From NCBI GenBank assembly GCA_030637655.1, contig DAOWGI010000031.1:1-64000 (forward strand): a stretch of DNA of 64,000 bases. The letters are read 5' to 3'. Each line of letters opens with the position of its first letter. The stretch's first letter is position 1. Below, in pieces: positions 44,646-54,734 of this stretch. Origin of the DNA: a candidate division FCPU426 bacterium. Lineage in GTDB: Bacteria > Oederibacteriota > JAAXVQ01 > JAUVAV01. Under the pieces are notes generated by a model. It was not told where the DNA came from, ran no database searches, and saw nothing but the letters and a program-made list of their open reading frames with translations. The position numbers and the translations under genes were made by a program.

Positions 44646-46271
44646 ATGAAGCAAACACTAAGCCGTATTCTAATTGCTTCCTTTTTATCACTGTTGATTT
44701 TTTCCTCAAGCTTTGCCCGGCAGCCATTGCCCGGACCGGAAGACTTTGAACCCGGTGTGCTGTTAGTAAAATTCAAAGCTGCTGTGTCTGCTGAAACAAT
44801 TTCCGAAACAGCGACAACATTCGGAGTACAGACCAATCAGCTTGCCGATGTACTGCAAGCCATGCGCGCGCAATATAAAGTCGTTGCCTCCACAACTTTA
44901 ACTCCTCTTAACATTGAGCGTTGGCAATTTTTAGACCAACACGCTTTAACCCGGACCAGGCAAACCATTCTGCACACCGGTTTAGTGGAGTATGTGGAGC
45001 CGAATTACCAGCGCGTGGCACAGGCGCCGCGAACGGATGGTCCGAATGACACCTATTATCAAGCAGGTAACCAATGGTGGTTGGAAGCCGTTTCCGCGGA
45101 CCGGGTTTTTGCGGAAAATATTTTGCCGGTCGGACAGGAAGTGATTGTGGCTGTTTTGGACAGCGGGATTTTATTAACGCACGAAGATCTAACGGCTAAC
45201 CTGGTGTTGGGAAAAGATTATGTGATACAAAATGGCGTGGGTAATGATGATGATGGTCATGGTACGCATGTCGCGGGTATTGCCGGCGCGGTGACCAATA
45301 ATAATCTGGGCATGGCCGGAATAGCAGGAACCGCCAATGTCAAACTTATGCCAATAAAAATATTGGATCATGATGGTTTTGGGTATGACTCTGATATTGC
45401 CCAGGGAGTGATCTGGGCGGTGGACCATGGCGCCCGGGTTCTTAACCTGAGCTTTGGCAGTACAGCCATGGGAAAAGTATTGGAAGATGCCATTGCTTAT
45501 GCCTATCAAAAAAAATGTGTGATTATCGCGTCTGCTGGAAATGATGGAGACCTGGATAACCCGGTTATTTATCCGGCTGCGTATGACAAAGTGATTGCGG
45601 TCGCGGCGTGTACCTTGGCAGGAGTTCGGGCCGCCTATTCCGAGTATCATGATTATGTGGATTTGGCAGCGCCGGGCGGTGATGACGGCACGAACGCGGA
45701 AAGAATGTTAAGTACCTATAACCAAACAAACGATTCGTACGCCTATGCTTTCGGCACTTCCATGGCCGCACCGGTGGTTTCCGGAGTGGCGGCCTTGCTG
45801 GTTCTCCAGGATCCGAGACGCACGGCCGAAGAAATTAAACAATTGCTGGTCAGCACAGCTGATAAAATCGGCAGCCTGCAAAATGATACTGATGGTTGGA
45901 ATCGCTATTTGGGTTGGGGCCGGGTGAATTGCTTTCAGGCCTTAACGCGTTTTATTACGTTTCAAAGCCGGACAACCGGCCGCGCATCCTACAATTACCC
46001 TAATCCATTTAGTCCGGTGGTGGGAGAGCAAACGCATATTTTAATTCCTGTTGCGGAAACCGGAGCGCGCGCGCGTTTGCGGATCTTTGATAGTCTGGGA
46101 TACTTGGTTTGTGAAAAGGATAATACCGGCACACAGATCTGGGCAGGCAGCATTATTACGTGGGACGGCCACGATAAAAACGGTGATTGGGTGGCCAATG
46201 GTGTGTATCCGTATATTTTGGATGTGGACGGCAAACGTTATAAAAATAAAATAGTGGTTTTGAACAAATGA
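44646..46271 (+). CDS. Secreted S8 protease with C-terminal FlgD-Ig/T9SS-sorting-like domain (paralog of 38024)
   Basis: VLDSG, HGTHVAG, GTSMAAP; YNYPNPF...WDG...VANGVY tail. Confidence 0.92.
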   Translation: MKQTLSRILIASFLSLLIFSSSFARQPLPGPEDFEPGVLLVKFKAAVSAETISETATTFGVQTNQLADVLQAMRAQYKVVASTTLTPLNIERWQFLDQHALTRTRQTILHTGLVEYVEPNYQRVAQAPRTDGPNDTYYQAGNQWWLEAVSADRVFAENILPVGQEVIVAVLDSGILLTHEDLTANLVLGKDYVIQNGVGNDDDGHGTHVAGIAGAVTNNNLGMAGIAGTANVKLMPIKILDHDGFGYDSDIAQGVIWAVDHGARVLNLSFGSTAMGKVLEDAIAYAYQKKCVIIASAGNDGDLDNPVIYPAAYDKVIAVAACTLAGVRAAYSEYHDYVDLAAPGGDDGTNAERMLSTYNQTNDSYAYAFGTSMAAPVVSGVAALLVLQDPRRTAEEIKQLLVSTADKIGSLQNDTDGWNRYLGWGRVNCFQALTRFITFQSRTTGRASYNYPNPFSPVVGEQTHILIPVAETGARARLRIFDSLGYLVCEKDNTGTQIWAGSIITWDGHDKNGDWVANGVYPYILDVDGKRYKNKIVVLNK

Positions 46272-46351
46272 TTGTAGGGGCACGATGCTTGTCCGACATC
46301 ACTTTAGCGACGTCGGATGCCGTGCCCCTACCGCCAAAGGAAAAATGGCAC

Positions 46352-47317
46352 ATGGATTCATATTGGACACGAAAAACATTGCTCGGCATTTTAACGGGTT
46401 TGTGCATTCTGCTAACAGTTGTAGTGCCAAATCGCATGGAGGCTGCCGGCCAGGCAGCGGCGTATCTGCGCGAAGGCGTAGGTGCCCGGGCTTTGGGCAT
46501 GGGTAATGCGGGAACCGCGGTGTCGCAGGATGCTTCTGCTGCCTATTGGAATCCGGCTTCCCTGGCCTTTATGCCTCTGCCTGCCAGTTTTGTCGCGCAG
46601 ACTGTGATCTTGGGCTGGGAACGCTCTTGGAGTTATCTGAGTATTGCGTATTCCGACTTCACCACTGGTGATGAAAAATTTTCCTATGCCGCGAGTTGGA
46701 TCAGTTTTTCAGCCGGTGGTGATCTGGAAGCCCGTGCGGTCAACCGTCCGGAACCGGATCACATCTTTCGTGATTCCCAAAACATGATTTCGTTTTCTGT
46801 CAGTGCCGGAAGTTTGAGGGATCTCTTTTCCCTTGGCCTGAATGTAAAAATGATTTTTCACAGTTTGGATACGGAATCAGCCAATGGTTTTGGTTTTGAC
46901 CTGGGGTTGTGGAACGAGATCGCGGTGGGCACACAATGGGGAGTTGTATGGCAGGATGTGTACACTACCTTGGGTTGGGAAGATTGGCACGCGGATCGGG
47001 TGCCGGCCTATGTGCGCCTGGGTGCGGCGCAGTATTTTTTGGACAAACAACTGCTCCTGACCGGTGATTTGGGTCTGGAATTTTTTCACGCGGCCGGGGC
47101 TTTTCGGGATATGCGAGTTCATCTGGGTTTGGAATATTTTCTTATGCCGGCTCTGGCGCTGCGTGCCGGGTGGGACACGGACCGCTGGACCACAGGAGTT
47201 GGTTGGGAATTTTATATTCAAAAAGCGGCTTGGGTACATCTGGATTATGCCTTGGCCGGAGAACGTTTAAGCGACGAGGGCATCACCCAATTTATCTCTC
47301 TGACGGTAAATTTTTAA
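46352..47317 (+). CDS. PorV/PorQ-like outer-membrane beta-barrel (paralog of 39619)
   Basis: GVGARALGMGNA..DASAAYWNPASL; terminal Phe; ATG 46352 after AAGGA (ORF-track extension is REP-derived). Confidence 0.85.
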   Translation: MDSYWTRKTLLGILTGLCILLTVVVPNRMEAAGQAAAYLREGVGARALGMGNAGTAVSQDASAAYWNPASLAFMPLPASFVAQTVILGWERSWSYLSIAYSDFTTGDEKFSYAASWISFSAGGDLEARAVNRPEPDHIFRDSQNMISFSVSAGSLRDLFSLGLNVKMIFHSLDTESANGFGFDLGLWNEIAVGTQWGVVWQDVYTTLGWEDWHADRVPAYVRLGAAQYFLDKQLLLTGDLGLEFFHAAGAFRDMRVHLGLEYFLMPALALRAGWDTDRWTTGVGWEFYIQKAAWVHLDYALAGERLSDEGITQFISLTVNF

Positions 47318-47319
47318 AA

Positions 47320-47450
47320 CCTAACCCGGACCAGCCGGAACAAAAATATAACCGCCGATACACGCCGATATACGCAAATTAAAAATCTTTTTTATCCATT
47401 ATGCAATAAACATTTGCGTTTATCTGCGTGTATCGGCGGTTAATTTTCTT
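47320..47450 (+). repeat. ~130-bp element: 22-nt end module plus AACCGCCGAT hairpin
   Basis: Inverted homolog of 57561-57690. Confidence 0.8.
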
Positions 47451-47492
47451 TCCATTTTGTAAGATACTAAGCCACCGAAAGGAGCCGAAAAT

Positions 47493-48233
47493 ATGGCAAG
47501 TGTTAAAGCGGAATTACTATTGCATGTACAGCGTTTGAAACATTACCTGCGTAAGCGCATGCATAATGGCGAGCCGGCCACTGTGTTTCAAAAAATCCGG
47601 CCGGCTCAACCGGGCAGCTCAACTGCCGCGACGGCAGCTGCTTCCGGAAGCACAGCGGCAAAACTGTATTCGGAATTTGAGCAATTGGCACAGACTGTAC
47701 AATCGTGCACTCAATGTAAATTGGCGCAAACACGAAAACACGTAGTTTTTGGCGAGGGGGATATACAGGCCAAATTGGTTTTTGTGGGTGAAGCGCCGGG
47801 AGTGGATGAAGATAGTGAAGGCCGGATTTTTGTGGGCGCGGCCGGCAAATTGCTTACCCGGATTATTGAATCTATCGGTCTGGCCAGAGAGGAAGTCTAT
47901 ATCTGCAATGTCTTGAAATGCCGTCCGCCGGGAAATCGAAATCCGGCTCCGGATGAAATTACAGCTTGCCAAAACTATTTGATCAAGCAACTTGAATTTT
48001 TACAGCCCAAACTCATATGCGTTCTGGGCACCTTTGCCGCGCAAACTCTGCTGGGATCACAGGAACCGATCGGACGTTTGCGAGGGAAAACGTATACCTA
48101 TCAGAACATACCCGTGATACCTACCTTTCATCCGGCTGCACTGCTCTATCATCCACAGAATAAAAAATTGGTCTGGGAAGATATGAAACGAGTGGCAAAA
48201 GCGTTGGGCATAACAATTTCTGCCAGAAAATAA
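47493..48233 (+). CDS. udg: Uracil-DNA glycosylase, family 4 (Fe-S)
   Basis: CTQCKL, VGEAPG..ED..G..FVG.AG, NVLKCRPPGNR, TFHPAALL. Confidence 0.93.
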   Translation: MASVKAELLLHVQRLKHYLRKRMHNGEPATVFQKIRPAQPGSSTAATAAASGSTAAKLYSEFEQLAQTVQSCTQCKLAQTRKHVVFGEGDIQAKLVFVGEAPGVDEDSEGRIFVGAAGKLLTRIIESIGLAREEVYICNVLKCRPPGNRNPAPDEITACQNYLIKQLEFLQPKLICVLGTFAAQTLLGSQEPIGRLRGKTYTYQNIPVIPTFHPAALLYHPQNKKLVWEDMKRVAKALGITISARK

Positions 48234-48316
48234 AATCCAATTCTTCATTAGACACTTAAAAAACGCATCATAACTATAATATTTACAGCAAAAACTAAAC
48301 AACTACAATTTTGTTA

Positions 48317-48344
48317 TTGACATCCACTATATAATGGGTATTAT
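48317..48344 (+). promoter_or_regulatory. Possible sigma70 promoter
   Basis: TTGACA-16 bp-TATTAT. Confidence 0.45.
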
Positions 48345-48383
48345 CGTAAAAAGGAGCACAATATAATAGGGAGGTTAGGATTT

Positions 48384-49484
48384 GTGAAAATCCGGTTCAC
48401 TTCTTCTCCTTTTGATGATGACGGAACTCTCTTAAAAGCATTGCTTCTTTTTGTGTTGCTTATTATTATACTTGTTTTTCTTTTTGGGCCGCCGGTCTAT
48501 CCTGTGCCAACAGGACGTACTGCAAATGTTCCTGGGATAATATTGTCTTCTAAAATTGTGCCTATCATGAAGATTACTACGAAACCAAAAGTTTTATACC
48601 TTGCGGAAAAATCCTCGTTTCCACCGGTGATTGCGAACACGCCTCAGCCAACACCAACTCCAGCCGGCGGCGGGATTCTGCATAAAATTGCTTTTGCTTC
48701 CAACCGGGCTGATGGCCGGCATTATCAATTATATATGATGGATGCCAATGGAAAAAAAATGGAACGCTTGCATGAGTCCAATAGTTTTGATCGTGATCCG
48801 CATTTTTCCTATGACGGAACACGCTTGGCATTTACCTCGAACCGGACTGGGCGCTATCAAATTTACATTCTTGACTTAGCTACCCGGGCAGTGAAGCAGA
48901 TTACGCACGGTAGAAACGATAAAACCAATCCCTTTTGGAGTCCGAACAATCAGCAAATTCTCTTTACCAGCCACAACCAGGAATCAGCTGAATTAGGCAT
49001 CATGAACGCGGAAGGAACCGGTATCCGGCAGCTGACCAATGATTTTGGCCACAGCCATGGTTACGGGTTTTCACCCAATGGTAGTTGGATCTCTTTTGAA
49101 TCGACCAGGAACAATCGGAATGAAATTTTTATGTATGACATTTTGGCTAAAACTTCAACACCTATTATTGCAAACGATGAGCTGACCTATCAGGGTGATC
49201 CGGTCTTCTCGCCGGCAGGCCGTAAACTGGTATTTACTTCCAATAATTCGGATAAAAATAAAAGGCAACTGTATATCTACGATCTGGACTGGAAGAAATA
49301 TTATCGAATTACGCATGATGATATGGATAAAGACGACCCGATTTTTTCGCCGGACGGATCAAAGATAGCCTATGTGGCGTGTTGGGAAAATGCCTGGAAT
49401 ATTTTCATCACGGACGCAGACGGCAAGCATGCGCGCAATGTGACCAAAAGCTATTATGACAATGTAGTCCCCAGTTGGCGTTAA
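48384..49484 (+). CDS. Membrane-anchored TolB-like beta-propeller (PD40 repeats)
   Basis: N-terminal TM; repeated P.FSPDG..IAF.S.R motifs. Confidence 0.85.
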   Translation: MKIRFTSSPFDDDGTLLKALLLFVLLIIILVFLFGPPVYPVPTGRTANVPGIILSSKIVPIMKITTKPKVLYLAEKSSFPPVIANTPQPTPTPAGGGILHKIAFASNRADGRHYQLYMMDANGKKMERLHESNSFDRDPHFSYDGTRLAFTSNRTGRYQIYILDLATRAVKQITHGRNDKTNPFWSPNNQQILFTSHNQESAELGIMNAEGTGIRQLTNDFGHSHGYGFSPNGSWISFESTRNNRNEIFMYDILAKTSTPIIANDELTYQGDPVFSPAGRKLVFTSNNSDKNKRQLYIYDLDWKKYYRITHDDMDKDDPIFSPDGSKIAYVACWENAWNIFITDADGKHARNVTKSYYDNVVPSWR

Positions 49485-49555
49485 TTGTTCACAATCAGCT
49501 TGACGAAGTAGAAAAAGAGGCATAAAAAATATAGTGGGCTGTTGCTGCTTTCCGC

Positions 49556-49629
49556 GTAGAGACGCGATTAATCGCGTCTCTACAACAGATTGAAATAAAA
49601 GGTAGGGGCGCGATTAATCGCGCCCCTAC
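49556..49629. repeat. Two perfect GTAG REP palindromes
   Basis: 49556-49583 and 49602-49629. Confidence 0.85.
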
Positions 49630-49664
49630 AAGATACTAAAAACTAAAGGGGGATAAAAGATTAT

Positions 49665-51011
49665 ATGAAAAAAGCGCTTGTTCTACTCACAGCACTGTTG
49701 TTACTGGTTGGCAGTGTAAACCCGGCGGATGCCAAGAAGGCCGAAAAAGCCGCAAGTAAAACCAGCACAGCGTATACACCACTCACTGCCGCGGAACAAA
49801 TTACCGATATGACCGCTGGTTTTGCCTTCAATGGCGGGATTGATATTAAAATATTTGATATGGTAAATACGAATTATAGCGAGACTTCAGACTGGTATTT
49901 TTATCCGGTCTATCGCATGGCAGTGGCACAGGTTTTTGACAAGCGGAATTTTGGGTTGTATGCTGATATTGAGAAACCCGGTTATGCCAACATCACTTAT
50001 CCCTTCATTAAAGTGAATGAACTCTATGCCAAATTTCAACAAGATACGTTTTATGTCAAACTCGGTCGTCAGGTGTTTGGCGACAAAGATGATCTCCTGC
50101 TGGGTCTGCAAAACGATGCTATTTCTCTGGGATTTGATCTGGGAACCACAGATCTCTTATTCTTCCTGGCCAGAACACAGATTACAACTCCCTGGAATAC
50201 GGGTGGGAATATTGAGAGTGTGATCGGATTTGTGCCGTATTTTGGTTTGGGTGATACGATGGGTCTGCGTGGTTATCTTTTGATTGGTATGGAGCCGATT
50301 ACCATCACCACCGGGACCCCACCCGACACGTCGACCAAAGATACAGTCAACACCGCGATTCAGGCCGGAGGAAAATACTCCCTGGATATGCCGGTCGGAT
50401 CCAACGGCACGTTCGATTTGGATGCTCAGTTGGGCATTCAATTCGGACTGGCTCGAACCGCCGGTGATGATTCCATTGATGCCATGGGTTTGGGTCTCAA
50501 GCTGGATGCCGCCTATGCTTCACAAGTTGAGACATTTGGATTTATGGTGGGCGCTCATGTTGTCTACACCAGCGGTGATCCGGATCCGGCAGTGAATACC
50601 AAATGCGGATTTGGAAGTTCTAATGCTTTGCCTGGTTCAGGTCCGGGATTGTTCTCGAAAATTCAGGATGGCGCCGGACCCTATACCTATTTGGACGGAC
50701 ACTTGGTAAGTGATAATAAAACCCAGAATTATGTTGGAGTGATGGCTCTGGGTGTGACAGGTGAATTTTCGTTTGGCGCCTGGAAACCAGGTTTGGGGAT
50801 CTGGATATATTCCAATACCGATGATGAGGGCAAGAGTCTGGGCACGGAATTGAACGAGTGGCTGATCTGGGAACTTTCCCAAGTGATCTCTTTTTATCAG
50901 CAAGCCGCGCTCTTTATCCCCAATCGCGATGGTATTGGGTGGCCGCCCTCGCCGGCCGATGCTCCCAAGAGCGCGATGAAGCTATTGTTTGGCAGTTCCA
51001 TTACTTTTTAG
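49665..51011 (+). CDS. Putative outer-membrane porin-like beta-barrel (alginate-export-like)
   Basis: Signal peptide ending ADA; ELYA..VKLGRQ..DAI motif; YTSGD; terminal Phe. Confidence 0.65.
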   Translation: MKKALVLLTALLLLVGSVNPADAKKAEKAASKTSTAYTPLTAAEQITDMTAGFAFNGGIDIKIFDMVNTNYSETSDWYFYPVYRMAVAQVFDKRNFGLYADIEKPGYANITYPFIKVNELYAKFQQDTFYVKLGRQVFGDKDDLLLGLQNDAISLGFDLGTTDLLFFLARTQITTPWNTGGNIESVIGFVPYFGLGDTMGLRGYLLIGMEPITITTGTPPDTSTKDTVNTAIQAGGKYSLDMPVGSNGTFDLDAQLGIQFGLARTAGDDSIDAMGLGLKLDAAYASQVETFGFMVGAHVVYTSGDPDPAVNTKCGFGSSNALPGSGPGLFSKIQDGAGPYTYLDGHLVSDNKTQNYVGVMALGVTGEFSFGAWKPGLGIWIYSNTDDEGKSLGTELNEWLIWELSQVISFYQQAALFIPNRDGIGWPPSPADAPKSAMKLLFGSSITF

Positions 51012-51030
51012 TATCTTAGTTCTCAAATTC

Positions 51031-51084
51031 GTGCTTTTTATGGCGGAAAACTATTCGCCGTAAAGAGCGCAAAAATTTTTTTTT
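51031..51084 (+). terminator. Probable intrinsic terminator
   Basis: gtgctttttatggcgga..ttcgccgtaaagagcgc stem followed by A/T run. Confidence 0.45.
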
Positions 51085-51177
51085 GACAGGATAACAGGAT
51101 TGATAGGATTTATTTAAAATCCCGTATATCCTGATAATCCTGTCAAAGATTTTCAGTTCCGGCTGGTCCGGGTTAGG
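51082..51177. repeat. GACAGGAT hairpin joined to the 22-nt end module
   Basis: tttgacaggataacaggat / atcctgataatcctgtcaaa then gttccggctggtccgggttagg. Confidence 0.75.
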
Positions 51178-51186
51178 AGTTGAATT

Positions 51187-51645
51187 ATGAATACGAAAGC
51201 TTGGTTACTTCTGTGGGGATTTTTTCTGTGTGCCGGGATTATGCTTAGCGCCGGTTGTTTTACCATGCCCACCTCACCGGCCTTGCTCACCAGTGGTGGT
51301 AGTGCTGACAGTAGCGGCGGTCACCATCATCCGGGAGATGACCCGGAGGGCGTGTTTGTGCCAACACCCACACCTGCTCCAACCTATGGCGGGGGAACAG
51401 GCAATGGATCGATCAGCGGAACGGTTTCCAATTCCGCCGGCGGACAGATTATTGTTTTCGCGGTTCTCGGTAGCACGAGTGTTTTTGCAGAAGTGCACAT
51501 TGTGGGAGACGGTCCGTTTACGCTTAGCGGTTTGTCTGACGGAGATTACGAGGTAACGGCGCTGGAAGGTACGAGTATGACCAATGAAGAACGGGTAACC
51601 ATTAGTGGTGAAAATGCGGTCACCGATGTGCGTTTGAGTTTTTAG
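51187..51645 (+). CDS. Putative lipoprotein with a carboxypeptidase-regulatory-like (beta-sandwich) domain
   Basis: Lipobox-like SAGC; GSISGTV..GPFTLSGLSDGDYEVTA. Confidence 0.7.
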   Translation: MNTKAWLLLWGFFLCAGIMLSAGCFTMPTSPALLTSGGSADSSGGHHHPGDDPEGVFVPTPTPAPTYGGGTGNGSISGTVSNSAGGQIIVFAVLGSTSVFAEVHIVGDGPFTLSGLSDGDYEVTALEGTSMTNEERVTISGENAVTDVRLSF

Positions 51646-51791
51646 CCCGGGGAATTTTTGAAAGAGGGTAAAGGTTATATAAGGAAAAGCAAAAAGGCGA
51701 TGGGTATGATGCTCATGTTTGCCCAAAACAATAGAAATCCGGCAATAATCTTTTGCCGTAAGCGGAAAATATAGCTGTGGCGGTAAAAATT

Positions 51792-51835
51792 AAGGGGCGG
51801 AAAGTGCGAAGCATTTTTCCGCCCCTTTTTGTTTT
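51792..51835 (+). terminator. Intrinsic terminator
   Basis: aaggggcggaaa / tttccgcccctt stem plus T tract. Confidence 0.7.
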
Positions 51836-51895
51836 ATATTTCGATCACTTACCGGATAAACATGGCGCTGTATTTTATAAAGGGGAAATTATTTC

Positions 51896-54070
51896 ATGCT
51901 TGTTTTCGTTGCTTTAGCCATACCGCGTTTGCAACCGCTGACCTATAGCTGGCCGGAAAGCACTCCATTGCTTCCGGGTATGCGGGTTACGGTTCCTTTG
52001 GGGCGCAGGACAGTGGTGGGAGTAGTGGTTGGAGAGGCTGCGGAGAGCAAAGGCCGCGTGCTGAAAAATGTGATCAATACCTTGGATGAGAAGCCGGCCC
52101 TAACCAAAGAGCTGCTCAAACTTGGCCGGTGGATGGCGGAGTATTATCAGTGTACCTGGGGTGAGGCTTTGGCAGCCATGCTGCCGGTTAATGTTCCGGT
52201 AAAAAAAATGGAGCGTTTCTCTATGGCTGCTCTTGCGCCGGAAAAACAGTTGTCGCGAGGTATTGCGCAACGGCTGGTGGAACGTTTACAGGCCGGACCG
52301 TGCTTGCGTGCTGAGCTGTTGGAAGGGTTTTCAACCCAGGCTGCGCGTGTTTTGCAAAGCCTGATCAAACAGGGCTGGGTCCAATCTGAATTTATTTCTG
52401 TGCCGGCCAAGCCCGAACCGGTCTATTCCAGGCAACCGCGCACACGAAGTACGCCCTTGCAGCTGAATGACCATCAAGCCAAGGCGTTGAGCGCTATTCA
52501 ATCGGCATTGCAGCGGCAAGAATATGCCGGTTTTCTTTTACACGGAGTGACTGGTAGTGGTAAGACAGAAGTCTATTTGCAGGCAATCGCGCAGACTTTG
52601 GAACAAAAACGCGGGGCGATTTTTTTAGTACCTGAGATTTCACTCACACCCCAGACGCGCGCGCGCATCGCAGATCGTTTTGGCGCTCACGTAGAAGTCT
52701 TGCATTCCGGGATAACCACCAAAGAACGGAGTGGAGCCTGGAGGCGCATACGAGCAGGAACTTCCCAGGTCGTGTTGGGTGCGCGCTCAGCCATTTTTGC
52801 GCCAGTGCATGATCTGGGCTTGATTGTGGTAGACGAGGAATATGAGAGTTCTTACAAACAAGAGGACTCGCCCCGTTATCATGCCCGTGATATTGCTGCG
52901 GTGAGGGCCAAAGCCGGCCAGGCTGTGTTGGTTCTGGGGTCCGCTACACCAGCCGTTGAAACGTATTACAATGCGCAATTCGGAAAGTATCAATTATTGG
53001 AAATGCCCGAACGTGTGGATGCTAAGCAACTCCCAAAAGTTCGCATTGTGGACATGAGTCGTGAAATCAATCCGCAGCCCGGGTTGCCTATTTTTTCTCA
53101 AGTATTATTAGAGGAAATCGAGAAACGTCTGGATGCTAAAGAACAAAGTATTTTATTCTTGAATCGGCGCGGATATGCGCCTCTGGTGATGTGTCCGGAG
53201 TGCCGGCATATTTTGACCTGTCCGGATTGCAGTATCTCGCTGGTCTATCATCAATCCAGTGACCGCTTGCTGTGTCATAGCTGTGGAAAATCCCAGTCAC
53301 CACGACCTGCTTGTCCCAAGTGCGGGACAGCTTGCATCCGTTTGGCTGGAGCCGGGACACAACGTGTGGAAGCAGAATTGCAAAAATATTTTCCTCGCGC
53401 CGGGATACTGCGTTTGGACCAGGACACAGTCCGCAAACGCGGGGTATTGGAAAAAATCATGGATCAATTTGGAAAAAGGCAAGGTGATATTCTGGTAGGA
53501 ACACAGATGGTAGCCAAAGGCATTGATTTTCCGGGCGTGACTTTAGTGGGCATTATATCCACAGATACGGCGCTGCATTTTCCGGATTTTCGGGCGGAAG
53601 AAAGAACTTTTCAATTACTCGTACAAGTTGCCGGACGTGCCGGACGGGGTGGTAAGCCCGGCCTGGTCTTGGCACAAACACTCAACAGCGGGCATCCGAT
53701 CATTGCTTTGGCACAAAAGCAGAATTATCTTGATTTTTACAACCGGGAAATTGAACAGCGCCGGGATCTTCTTTATCCGCCGTTTGCGCGTATGGCCAAT
53801 ATTATACTCCAAGGTAAAAATTCCACAGCTGTTCGGAATTTTGCCAAACGCGTGGTTGCAACAATGCGAAAATCAGCCGGCAAACGTGATATTATTCTCG
53901 GACCGGCGCCTTCGCCCAGAGAGCGAATCGCCCAAGAGAGTCGCTTTCAAATACTGGTTAAAAGTATTAACTACGCGGCCCGGAGCCGTGTTTTGAGTTC
54001 TGTGGCGCAAATTAAAGTGCCTTTTGGGATTCGTTTTATCGTAGATGTTGATCCGCAAAATATGTTATAA
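51896..54070 (+). CDS. priA: Primosomal protein N'
   Basis: GVTGSGKTEVY, LVPEISLTPQ, four CxxC, GTQMVAKG, QVAGRAGR. Confidence 0.97.
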   Translation: MLVFVALAIPRLQPLTYSWPESTPLLPGMRVTVPLGRRTVVGVVVGEAAESKGRVLKNVINTLDEKPALTKELLKLGRWMAEYYQCTWGEALAAMLPVNVPVKKMERFSMAALAPEKQLSRGIAQRLVERLQAGPCLRAELLEGFSTQAARVLQSLIKQGWVQSEFISVPAKPEPVYSRQPRTRSTPLQLNDHQAKALSAIQSALQRQEYAGFLLHGVTGSGKTEVYLQAIAQTLEQKRGAIFLVPEISLTPQTRARIADRFGAHVEVLHSGITTKERSGAWRRIRAGTSQVVLGARSAIFAPVHDLGLIVVDEEYESSYKQEDSPRYHARDIAAVRAKAGQAVLVLGSATPAVETYYNAQFGKYQLLEMPERVDAKQLPKVRIVDMSREINPQPGLPIFSQVLLEEIEKRLDAKEQSILFLNRRGYAPLVMCPECRHILTCPDCSISLVYHQSSDRLLCHSCGKSQSPRPACPKCGTACIRLAGAGTQRVEAELQKYFPRAGILRLDQDTVRKRGVLEKIMDQFGKRQGDILVGTQMVAKGIDFPGVTLVGIISTDTALHFPDFRAEERTFQLLVQVAGRAGRGGKPGLVLAQTLNSGHPIIALAQKQNYLDFYNREIEQRRDLLYPPFARMANIILQGKNSTAVRNFAKRVVATMRKSAGKRDIILGPAPSPRERIAQESRFQILVKSINYAARSRVLSSVAQIKVPFGIRFIVDVDPQNML

Positions 54071-54166
54071 AAAAGCACGTTTTTTTTTTACATTTACATA
54101 AGTGTGCCTTGAAACTAAGGGAAAAGATGTTATATAATATAATGCTGGTTGAAGAAGGTGATTAAA

Positions 54167-54712
54167 ATGGCAATAGTACCGGTATGCACGTGGGGTCATC
54201 CGGTTTTAAAAACTCGGGCCCAAAAAGTGGTTGAAATTACGGATGATATTCGTTGCTTGGTTCGGGATATGCAGGAAACCATGCAAGCACAAAACGGTGT
54301 CGGTTTGGCAGCCAATCAAGTTGGTGAAGCCATACGGATATTTGTGGTTGAAATTCCGCAAAAAACCACTGAGCCGATCCGTTATACTTTGATTAATCCT
54401 GAATTGACGTACAAGAGTAAAACCAAAGAGAGTCAAGATGAAGGTTGTTTATCTTTTCCGGAAATATACGGTCCGGTTGAGAGGTTTTTGGAGGTGGAAG
54501 TGCGAGGTACGGATTTGGACAACCAACCGGTCGTGGTACGCGGGAGCGGATTGTTGGCGCGCGCCATGCAGCATGAATTGGATCATTTGGATGGTATGGT
54601 CTTTGTGGAGCGCATGAATATTGTGCACCGCCTGTGTCTGAAAAAACAATTGAAAGCCTTGGCGCAAAAGACCAAAGCCAGGTTGGCCGGACAAGGGATA
54701 AAGAAATATTAA
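54167..54712 (+). CDS. def: Peptide deformylase
   Basis: GVGLAANQVG, EGCLS, QHELDHLDG; ATG 54167 after AAGGTG. Confidence 0.97.
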   Translation: MAIVPVCTWGHPVLKTRAQKVVEITDDIRCLVRDMQETMQAQNGVGLAANQVGEAIRIFVVEIPQKTTEPIRYTLINPELTYKSKTKESQDEGCLSFPEIYGPVERFLEVEVRGTDLDNQPVVVRGSGLLARAMQHELDHLDGMVFVERMNIVHRLCLKKQLKALAQKTKARLAGQGIKKY

Positions 54713-54734
54713 TGGTGAAAAGAGAAAGGACGTT

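Noticed and set aside
46268-46351. N-terminal extension of the second PorV-like gene
   Set aside because: Made largely of an interrupted REP; ATG 46352 has an RBS and a signal peptide.
51646-51790. Riboswitch or small RNA before the terminator
   Set aside because: No recognisable aptamer consensus; a covariance search would be needed.
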